Translations under genes and position numbers: made by a program
Part shown: positions 13,866 to 24,424 of the stretch, piece after piece
Numbering within the stretch: position 1 is the stretch's first letter
Layout of the letters: every line of letters begins with the position of its first letter
Notes under the pieces: model-generated
The model's database searches: none
What the model was told of the DNA's origin: nothing
Seen by the model: only the letters and a program-made list of their open reading frames with translations
From: Folioceros fuciformis
Lineage: Eukaryota
NCBI GenBank assembly: GCA_049999805.1
Contig: JBNGIO010006211.1
Coordinates: forward strand, 1 to 64,000
Direction: 5' to 3'
Length of the DNA stretch: 64,000 nucleotides

Positions 13866-16340
13866 TTATGCTGTAGCCAGAAAGCTATGTACCAGTCCAC
13901 CCACGTCTGTCCACCAGGTTTGTCCTGGTTCCTTCCACGCCCTCATTCTTTTCCTCCTCTCCTGAATCTGCTGTGCTTGCTCCCACATATGGGAATCGGT
14001 GTATATGTTGGACATCAACACGTATGCTGCGGCATCCTTCGTGTTCAGCTGCACTGCTTCATTGAAAGCACAGCGGCCCACCTCCACATTGCTCCACTTT
14101 CGACAAGCACTCAACAGGGTGTGCCACACCGCAGCATTGGGCGCTACAGGCATTGATCTTGCCAGATCCAGCGCCTCATCTAGCTGTCCCGCACGGCCAA
14201 GGAGATCTACCATACAGGTGTAGTGCTCCACCGTGGGGGTGATGCCATATTGGCTGCGCATAGCCTCGAAATACTCCCGTCCCTGCTGCACGAGTCCTGC
14301 GTGGCTGCACACAGTTAGTACACTGACGAGTGTGATGCCGTCTGGCTGTATACCATCCTCCATCATTCTATGCACCAATTTCAAAACCATGTCACTCTCT
14401 CCTTGGTAGGTGTAGCCTGCAATGAGTGAACTCCAGGCCACAATGTCCCGTTCGGATGATGTATCGAATACCTGCTGTGCATCAATCATGCTCCCAGACT
14501 TCACATACATGTTGATCAGACTGCCAGCTACAAACACATTGGATTCAATTCCTTGCTTTCGTATTTCTGTATGCAGGTGCCTTCCCAGACATAGAGCTGC
14601 TACGTTGGCGCAGGCATACAGGAGGCAGACAAAAGTTACAGAGTCGGGTACAGTAAGGCCCTCTGCTCGCATAGCATCGTAAAGACGAAGGGCTTCTTGC
14701 TCCATGCCCTGCTGGGAATACCCCGCTATCATGGCAGTCCATGTGACCACATTCTTCTTACCCAGCCCGTCGAACACAGTCTGGGCGTCTTCCAAGCTAC
14801 CGCACTTCACATACATGTTCACCAAATTGTTGGCTACGAACAAGTCAGCTTCATATCCTCCTGCCCTAATCTGCATATGAAGCTGCTTCCCCTGCTTCAA
14901 CGCTGGGATGCCTACCCGAGCACAAACCTGCAAGAGACACACAATTGTCACCGAATTGGGTACAGCCACGCCTTCTTCTTGCATAGCCGTGTAGAGACGC
15001 AGGGATTCCTGCACCATGCCCTGCTGGGAATATCCTGCTATCAAGGCAGTCCATGTCACAGCATTTTTCTGACTAAGTCCATCAAACACTCTCTGAGCGT
15101 CTTGCAGGCTGCCACACTTTGCATACATGTTCACCAAACTGCTGGCTACAAACACATCATGCTGATGTCCTCCTTCTCTAAGTTGTGCATGAAGCTGCTT
15201 TCCTGTCTCCAAAGCAGCGGTGCCTACACTTGCACACGCCTGCAGGAGGCACACAAATGTGACTGTGTTAGGCACGGCCATGCCCTCTTGTTTCTGCATA
15301 GCACCGTAGAGACGAAGGGCGTCCTGCCCCATGCCCTGCTGGGAATAGGCTGCTATCATCACAGTCCAAGTGACCACATCTTTCTGACCAAGTCCATCGA
15401 ACACTCTCCGGGCGTCATCCAAGCTCCCACACTTAGCATACATGTCCACCAAGCTATTCCAGACGAACAAATCAGGCTCTACGCCAGTGGCCAACACATC
15501 AGCATGCAACTGCTGCCCGGTTTTCAAGTCTGATCCCCTTGCACAAGCCTGAAGGACTGCCACAAACACATGTCCGTCTGGCTTGACACCGGACCTGCAC
15601 ATCCGATGATACAGTTCTATGGCCCGCTTGTCCTGGATGTGTTTAACGTGCGCAGAAATTATGGCAGACCACGTGAAGGCATCTGGTCTAGCGACCACTT
15701 CAAACACATCCAATGCATCTTGCAACTTGCCATGAGAAGCATACAGTCGCACCAGGTGGAAGCCCAGGAGCGTATCTGATTGGTAGCTCGTCTTCCTCAT
15801 GCAAGCATGGACCCGCCTACCCAGATGCAGACTCTTCTTAGCTACACATTTCTTCAACAAAGTTGCCAGGAGAGATTTGGAAATACAACGGTCTGACGGC
15901 ACCAGAACTTCGAGAGCCTCAACGGCCTCAATCAGATACCCATCATGGCAGAGCTTGCTCACAGTTTCTCCTGTTACGCCCATATCGTGAGCTGAAAGAA
16001 ATTTCAACGAGATGGTCTGCTTAATTTTCTTGGAGGATGCATCTCCAGCCAGACATCGCTTTACATGGACTGTCTTCCTCGTATAGCTGCTGCACCCTAC
16101 AAAATTGAATGTCTTGAGCTCCAGCGCTTGCTTCCTTGAGCACGGTCTAGTGGGTACTCTTCCTTGGCTACCCGTGGGCCTCCAACTCTGTTGTGTCCAT
16201 GAAGACTGTTCCCGCAATGAGTCCTCTGGCCCTCTATGAGCATGATTTGCAATGCTACAGACGGCCATTGCTGGCCGGAGCAAGAGATGTAAATGAAGGA
16301 CTTGCGATATAAAATTTAAGGTGATACAACATTGGTACAT
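13866..16340 (-). CDS. PLS-class PPR protein, E/E+ type with WW-type PG box, truncated before the DYW deaminase (likely start 16268, MAVCSIA)
   Basis: Intronless 824-aa ORF with P-L-S triplets, P2-L2-S2 (HYTCMVDLLGRAG), E1/E2 (WHTLLSACRK, AAYVLMSNIY) and the end KEPGQTWWTDVGGLVHSFLATA*. The N-terminus resembles a transit peptide. Confidence 0.95.
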   Translation of the reverse strand: MYQCCITLNFISQVLHLHLLLRPAMAVCSIANHAHRGPEDSLREQSSWTQQSWRPTGSQGRVPTRPCSRKQALELKTFNFVGCSSYTRKTVHVKRCLAGDASSKKIKQTISLKFLSAHDMGVTGETVSKLCHDGYLIEAVEALEVLVPSDRCISKSLLATLLKKCVAKKSLHLGRRVHACMRKTSYQSDTLLGFHLVRLYASHGKLQDALDVFEVVARPDAFTWSAIISAHVKHIQDKRAIELYHRMCRSGVKPDGHVFVAVLQACARGSDLKTGQQLHADVLATGVEPDLFVWNSLVDMYAKCGSLDDARRVFDGLGQKDVVTWTVMIAAYSQQGMGQDALRLYGAMQKQEGMAVPNTVTFVCLLQACASVGTAALETGKQLHAQLREGGHQHDVFVASSLVNMYAKCGSLQDAQRVFDGLSQKNAVTWTALIAGYSQQGMVQESLRLYTAMQEEGVAVPNSVTIVCLLQVCARVGIPALKQGKQLHMQIRAGGYEADLFVANNLVNMYVKCGSLEDAQTVFDGLGKKNVVTWTAMIAGYSQQGMEQEALRLYDAMRAEGLTVPDSVTFVCLLYACANVAALCLGRHLHTEIRKQGIESNVFVAGSLINMYVKSGSMIDAQQVFDTSSERDIVAWSSLIAGYTYQGESDMVLKLVHRMMEDGIQPDGITLVSVLTVCSHAGLVQQGREYFEAMRSQYGITPTVEHYTCMVDLLGRAGQLDEALDLARSMPVAPNAAVWHTLLSACRKWSNVEVGRCAFNEAVQLNTKDAAAYVLMSNIYTDSHMWEQAQQIQERRKRMRAWKEPGQTWWTDVGGLVHSFLATA

Positions 16341-16510
16341 AGAAATTACTTACTGATTCCACGCATACGCAATGCAACATTAGCGTTTTCATTGGATACT
16401 ATTTCTCCTACACTCAAGCCCTACCAAGCTGTTCCTAGGCGCATCTTTGTCTGCCCCTCTACGTTGCAGGCCAATCGGATATCAACTGAACTCCAAGAGC
16501 TGCAGAGCTG

Positions 16511-19500
16511 TTACTCTTGGCCCCAGCCTCCGCCGCCGGGAGTCAGAATTTGAAGGCGTTCTCTAGCTTTGACGTGCACTGTGTTTTTCCCTGCCAATAA
16601 CCGCAGTCCAGCAGTGAGCAGCTACGGAATCCCCTGGAATCAATCTGGAGGGAAGTTCGCAGAATGGGTTACCTCCTAAGTAGACATGCCGGCCATCCTG
16701 TTTCAAGAGAATGTTTTGGCCCTTGGCACCATCTTTTCCACCAGCCAGCCCTCGGGGTGCATGCACGCGGCGTTCTGAAAGAATGGATACCTGCTCACGG
16801 AGGATGCAACAATCAGCAACGTGAAGCAGACTCTTGTGAGGGGGGAGCGTTAGGGTTAGTGCAAACAAAAATGCAGCCGTCTGTGACAGACTGATAGGGG
16901 GCATAGAAAGGTTACAATGACTGGCTTTCGGAACTCTATCTCTCGGATGACGCCATCGCCACCACGGTGTTTGCCTGCACCTCCACTGTTCTCTCGTAGT
17001 CCAAATTTATGGAGTAAAACCTGGGAGGCAGCAAAGATCGATGCACAGTACAGTGTTTACCGAAATGCAACGGGGGCTGAGCTGAAGAGATCTAGTTTGA
17101 AATAAGATGTGGATGCTAACCGGGTAACGTTGCTCAAAGATCTCGGGATCCGTTATTCGGGTGTTGGTCATGTGACACTGAACCCCGCTGGTGCCATCCC
17201 AGGTTGGTCCTGCACCACTGCCGCCAGCAATGGTCTCATAGTAGCCAAATGTCTCGTCCCCGAAGGTGAGGTTGTTCATGCAACTACATCAACATAGCGC
17301 CAGTTAGAAGAAAACGATTCTTCCCGCTGCAAACAAAGAGGTGTGGGATCGTGTGTGTATACCCCTGGGAGCATGCGCATGCTTGGAAAGCAGTAAGCAC
17401 GACGTCAGTTACTCTTTGTGATGTCAAAACGTTTCCGCCGACAACTGCAGCTTCGTCACTTGGGGAGAGCAGGCTGCCTTTAGGTATGTGAATGGAAACG
17501 GGAGCCAGGCATCCCTGGTTGAGAGGAATGTCGACATCCACCTGTTTCGCCATGCCATATTATCAACAGAGCGAAGATTTCGTGCAAAAGCCTTAGTGCT
17601 GCAGAATAAATTTCCGGGCAGTAGTGACTACTGCAGAGCTTACCAGGCAGCGGAGACAGTAGATGATAGCAGCTGCTGTGACTGCTTCTGGTGCATTCCA
17701 GTTGCCATAAACCTGGACAACTTCAGGGTTCAGTTGTGAAGGACAGAATATCCAATCACGGAAGTAGCTGTCATGGACTTAATCTGAAGCAAACGGATAT
17801 GCTGTGCCGAACATGGCCATTGCAAGTATGCTCACCTCTGAACTAGTGCCCTCGAAGTCGAAATGCGCCTCACCCCTTTCAGCATCAATGGAAAGCTTTA
17901 GATGAATTGTGGAGCCATCATCCATGTAGTCTTCAGCCTCCAGGACAGTCACGTGATCATTCTGTTGAGACCTATCGTGTTGCTTTGTAGCAGGCTGTGC
18001 CATGGATTTTAGCATTTCGCGTACAGCGGATTCAGCATTGGCCTGCAGCAGGAGGACACTACATGAGTTTGCATGGCTGGAGTACAGGGATGACATCCAG
18101 GTTTGTTGATTGTACTCACCTGCACATGATGCATGTATGCTTGCACCATCTCTAGTCCATACGTCTGAATGAGTTCTCCAATAAGCACAATGCCCCGCTG
18201 GTTGGCTGCCACCTGACACGATAAAGAAGGCAGAATTTGGTTATCTACGTTTGCCTCACTGTTTCTCTCAACCGTATTCCCGGCAATCCAGCCACCGCTC
18301 CTCATGGAAGCTCCAACCAAACCCAAGGGACAAACCTGAGCTCTTAGGTCTGATAAGTTATCATCTACCCGCCTTGTTCCTGGTATCGTTGCCCGGTCAT
18401 CATCGTCTTCATATGTCTCTTTTCGGAGAATCTGGACAATCTTCTCCTCCTAAAACCATTACAACAAGCCAAGACCGCTGTTGTAAGAGTTCGAATTATG
18501 TCTTCATCTTGAATACGTGTAGAGGTCACTACGCAATGCATTCCCACACACGTACCTGAAAGACACCACCCTCGACGAGCTTCAACGTTTTAATGGCTGC
18601 TCCTTCCTCCCAAATTGCTTTTGAAAATGGGGGCATACTGGATTGAGTACCATTTAGACGATCAGTACAGATGTAGAGGACTTGGCGATCCCCACCCACA
18701 CACTTCCCATATCACCTCACCTGCCAGGAGTTATCCCCCCAATTTCTGCATGATGTCCTCTACTTGCAACAAAAAAAATCAGTTGTCCCCTGTCAAACAC
18801 CTTCACAACACAGCAAGCAGTAACCATGAAACAGGTCTAACAATAAGTCAACAGGGAGATGACATGCATGCAGTGCTACAGAGTAGAGAATATTTCACAA
18901 ACTGGCGTGATGACGGTTATATCTGGAAGGTGGCTCCCTCCACACGCGGGATGATTGGTAACAAGGACGTCTCCTTCTTTCAAATTATCACCCCTGAAAC
19001 ATGCAAAAGACCTGCAACTTACTCATCCTCCTTGTAACTTGTTTTCTGTGAAAACACTAGTTATGCTTTCTAGCTGAAGGGGAGTGTAGAATAGAAACAA
19101 CTTGCCAGTAATTTAGTTGCCAACGGACAGTGCTTGACATCGCTCCTAAGTGAACTGGTACATGAGGAGCATTTGCTACCAGTCCTCCATCAGGACTAAA
19201 CAAGGCACAAGAAAAATCGAGCCGTTCCTGTTCCGATTTCTTGTCAGAATACAGGCATTTGAGCTTCAAGATAAAATTAATTCCAAATTCCATGGAGGTC
19301 TGACCTTGATGTTGGTGGAGATAGAAGTTCTCTGAAGTGTGCGTCCCATTTGTTCAGCTATACCCATGAACCGATTGTTGAAGATTGAGAGCTGTATGAC
19401 ATCTGCCTTCAGGTCCAATTTTCCAGAGTCGAGGCCAGCAACCTGGGTGCCAACTTCTATGCGGATGTTTCCATGCTTCGTGATCAAAGCCTTACAATTT

Positions 19501-22500
19501 GGCTCCACAACAATCTGCCAGACAAGGAGAGTGTTCGAGCACAAGCTCATGTCAGCTGGGGGAATTTGCTCGTCTTCTTGACTGAACACGAAGCGCACAA
19601 ACCAGCAACCCATCACTTGCACTTACTGTGCTGTTGCCATTCATGATAACTGCTGGGCCACTCAGTTCATGACCGTGCTTGAGTTTTTCCAAAATGAATA
19701 CCTGAAAATGCACCACAGTCAAGGTTCAATATATTGTCCATATCACGAGCCGCGTTTCCAAAACATGTGTAAATGATGTAGAAGACGTGAAAGACCGGTG
19801 TGTCACGCCACCCAGTTTCAAAAAACAATTGTTGAGGCTTTGGTTCTGCAACTGGGCCATCCACAGCCTTCTCCAGAATGACTGGCCTAAGAATATGCTC
19901 AGCTTTAGAAGCGTACAAAAAAAAGACTTGTGTAAAGAATGCAGGAAATTCCCCACAACTTGTTGAGGGCAATCTGAAATACAATTTGAAAGGTGAGTAG
20001 ACTTACTTCAAAATGTTGGTAACTCCAATGCCATGGATTCTTACATCACTTATGAGGATCTTCCTGCTTTGCAATTCAAACCCGTACCTAGAAAAAGGAG
20101 GGCAAAGCAAGAAACTCGATGAGACTTGGATGACACAGTAGAGACAAAAGTGGCTCTGATGAAAACAAACAAGTCAGTTTGGGCTGCCCCTAAGATTACT
20201 TACTCTCTACGAAACTGCTTGATAAACGCTCCTGCATAATCACCATCTGAGGGAGTACCGACCATCATCGTTGTGTCTGTGCCCTGGACAACAGTTACTC
20301 ACCCAAGAAATATCAGTCAACCATCTCATGGAGGGCAGTTTTACAACGATCTGCCATGGGGGATCAAGCCCAGGAGTAGAATATTTCCCACCTCGTAGCG
20401 GAGATTGAGTAAGACCTCCGTAGTTATGTCCTTCTCTCTAAAGCCCTGTTTCAGTTGGCAAGAGCCAATGACATGCCAGTCAGTTCAGTGACCATGTGAA
20501 GCTAGCGCGAAAGCTGTTCTACCCAAGTCCAACAGACCTGCAGCTTAAGCTGCTCTTTGACCCGCTTGGTCAGGTCAGCTGCACGTATTGAGACTTCAGC
20601 CAAGGCATCTTCACCATACACAGCAGCATAGGGCTCTTGAGCCTCCTCACTAACGTTGGCTAGTCCCATCCCATAAGCACTTAGAATTCCACAGTATCTA
20701 TGGATGACAACCTCCTCTGTGAGCGAAATGATTTCTGTTAGACGCCTTGGTGGACGTAGAGGCATTCAAAAGAAAGCTGGGAGAAGAGCATACTTATGCC
20801 CAGGGCTCTGGCAATTGCACACGCATGCTGTGGGCCAGCTCCACCAAAACATGCTAGAGTATGCTTACTGGTCTCATAACCTTTCATTTCTGTAAGCTGC
20901 AAACGTAGAATGTAGCCATTAAGATTCAGTGCTCGAAAACAAGAACAACCCATCGACAATGTAAAGGCCGCCCGGAAGTGAGTTAGTGAAGGTAATTATT
21001 ACCTGGCGAATGGGTCGACACATGGCCTCATTAGCTACATTTAGAAAACCAAGCGCTATCTCCTCCACAGACATTTCCTTCACTGACCCATGAAGCGGGT
21101 CACCAACCAGGACGAGCACCACAGAAAAATGGTAAAGCTGTAACGACTATCCTAAAACTGAGTACCATGTGCATCCTGAGCAAGGCGGTAGGAGTTGATC
21201 ACAGCAGCCAGGGATTTGAATGCTATGCGCGTTGCTGTCACATCCAAAGGCTCGTTTTCCTGCATTTACAGGTACTCCAAATGTCATTCATATCACTCAG
21301 AGGATGAATATTATTTTTCTGTAGCACTGAAGACTTACGTGAGGACCGAAGATAGATGGAAAATATTCTGGAATGACACGTCCAAGAACCAAATTAGCAT
21401 CAGTGACAGCCAACTCTCCTCCCTTGCGATAGCACACCGGTCCGGGATGAGCACTGACGGATTCTGGTCCCACCTGTACGAACCTCCTATCAACTTCAGG
21501 AGCTCAGCCCTGCATCATATGTCCTATCACTTGCTTCCTAACACCTAGCATCACAATAATGAACTAGCTGCAGGTGCACTCCCTTCTGGGCCCCACGGAC
21601 GCATACCTTGAAGACTCCAGCCTGAAACTTCAATTTTGAGCCCCCACCCGCTGCAACTGTGTTAATATCAAGCTGTGGAGCCTGCATATGATTTCCAATT
21701 CAAAGAACATAGTTTGTGACTTTTGAAATAACTTGGCTGGCCACAGCAATTTTCTGAAATGAGTACTACGGATCTTACTTGAATGATAACACCTGCAGTT
21801 TGTGTTTCGAAGACTTGCTCGTAGCTCCCGGCATACCGACTGACATCCGTGGACGTTCCTCCCATGTCGAAGCCAATCAGCTGAAGATTACCATGCACGT
21901 GAGGATATTCTTGAGACAGGAAGATGGACTACAGCTGAGACATAAGACGTACAGGCTGGTTCGTTTCGATGGAATAAGTTGTCTGTGCGTAGCCAACTAC
22001 TCCTCCTGCAGGACCTGAAAGAATAGCCTGCAGAAAAGGGGGTGGTTCAATACATACAAACCTTAACAACAAAATGAAGTCAAGGAACTCAAGCTTTTCA
22101 TGTCACAACCTTATGACCGGAAAATCTGTGTTCAGGAGTAAGACCTCCATCAGACTGCATAAATGAGATGGCCACTTTGCTGAGTCCCTCATCAAAACCT
22201 GACATCATAAACAAAGACATAAGGTGTTGGTCAAGCAACTGATGGACAGTTTATCTCTGTCCTTCCAAGAAGCCAATAGTCGCAGGCATAACATGTCAAG
22301 CACCTGAGAGGAAGCCAGATAGATACTCCTTGATGATTGGGGTCAGATAAGCATCCACAGTTGCCGTGAGACCCCTTGGGACAGCTCGAATCATAGGAAC
22401 CAAAGCTGATGAGATCGACACTTGCTTAAAGCCCAGACTCATAGCCAGTGTCTCCACCTCCTGCAATGTACAAAACATCATGCCCGCCTCCTCTTACACC

Positions 22501-23716
22501 TGTTCTCTTGATCAGATAAGGACGTAAGCTTACCTGCTCATGTTGAGGATAGATATGTGAATGCAGCAACACAACCGCAAGGCTCCGTATACCTTTTGCC
22601 AGCAATTTCTGTTTAAGACCTGTTTAGAAACAAGCTAGCTGGAACAAAAAAAAAAAAAAAAAAGCAAGCTCAAATCTCAGCTTTCTGGATCGAGGTTAAC
22701 GACAGACAAGTTCTGGCTCACCCGGAGCTGAGCCTCTAAAGCTTTCTCATCCAATGGCTTTACAATCTCCACCAATTCGCCTGAGACTCCCTTCAACGTA
22801 GTAACTCCTTCTACCTGCAGTCCATCCAATGCTAGTTGAACACGTTCATCCGCTTCAATCACTTCTTCATATCTGATTCATGTAATTGCATTAGCACCAA
22901 AGAAGTGATTTCAGGTATCAATTGGCTTCCAATTTCTCAAGTTCATTCAAGAGAGAATTTTCGACATACAGTGCTGAAGGTTTTGCGACAGTAAGATCAA
23001 AAATCTTTGGACGGGCCTGATTTCCAATGGAAAGGAGGTCTTTGAACCCCTGCCACATGTTCCAATGAGCAGAAATAAATCAATTGAAGTCATAATCTCC
23101 ACCGTACATATACCAAGGTATAAGAATAAGAAAACCCACTTTGGTGACGCAAAGAGCTGTACGCTCACCCTTCCTCTCCAGCAAGGCATTTGTCGCCACA
23201 GTTGTTCCTTCAGGGACGGCAAGAAGACTATCAGAAGAATATCGACCACACAAGACGTATTCAGAGCACAAGTGTTGAGTGCAAAAGAGAGTTATAATCT
23301 TACCCATGCGAATCCAATCGATCTTATCGGTAGGAACCTTCCCTGACCTGGGGGTCTTCTCTCCAGTAACCTACAATTTGCAAGCCCTTGATACCAATCT
23401 TAGGAGCACACAAGATGAACAAAGCAAGGTACCTCTTCCAGAATGCGTCGGATCCCTTCCCGGGGAGCATCTTCATAATTTGCTGGGTCTACGGAAAGGA
23501 GTTTTACCAATCGCCAGCCTGGTTCTCCCGGCACCTGCAATCAAATCCCCAAAGTTGATCTTAAAAGCAACCACATCCAACATCTCAGTCCAGTTGCTAC
23601 ATGTGAAGGACAAAAAAACTGGTACAGAGTGCGCAAACCTCGGCGTACACGTCCGTAAAAGTGCCACCCCTATCGATGCAGAATCGGAACTGCCGGGGGC
23701 CCCTGTCCTCCACCAT
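16511..23716 (-). CDS. OXP1: 5-oxoprolinase (ATP-hydrolysing), ~36 exons
   Basis: Starts [26 protein letters not shown]. Motifs [91 protein letters not shown], and end [12 protein letters not shown]. Exons join in frame. Confidence 0.97.
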
Positions 23717-24424
23717 CGTCGACACAGGGATGCAAATGATTGTGCCTGCCTCCAGGACTTACAAGCAAGCAGCAGTGTACAACGTGGATGGCCCCAGCCG
23801 CGGTTGATGTTGCCTTGACACTGCAGTTCATAAGTCAGCAATTGTGGCATGCGACTGTGTGCTAGCTGGTGAGAGAAGCTCTGTTAAGGCTTGGGGTGTT
23901 TTTCATGTACGGATTCGATTGTGTAAAGCTGCCAACTTTATCGTGCTCTGAGTTTCGACCTCCCAGCAGGCCGATAGCAGGAATCGAATGTTCCACTCTC
24001 ACGCTGCTGCGTCCATGGATTTCAGCTGCCTGCCCTCGACTGCTCTGCTCTTGCAAAGCAGCATGGTGTCAACGGACCTATTGTGGGCTCCGGACCGATT
24101 TCTGTACTGTAGTTGGCCACCAGGAAAGGTAAAACCAGGAGTGCTGGACATGTCAACACCGGCTTGCAAGGGGGTTCTGGAGAACCATCAGAAGGCTCTA
24201 TGTATGCCCGGGAATCAGCTGGGTCTGAAGGGCTACATCTCGTTTTCAGATCCTGTTCGATGGTGGCAGAGTAATCCGAATAAGGCATGATCAGATTGAC
24301 GCTTGCTGCCCCACGAGAGTTTGACGTTGGGAGAGATTGATGAGCAATCCTGTCGCTCCTATGAGGACCCTGACAGTGGCCTTTACAGTGCCTGCAGAAG
24401 GGGCCTTCCAGGCACAAGATACTT

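Noticed and set aside
14697..15533. Long antisense ORFs (also 25085-25819 and 31885-32604)
   Set aside because: Shadows of real PPR and APC6 coding sequence on the other strand.
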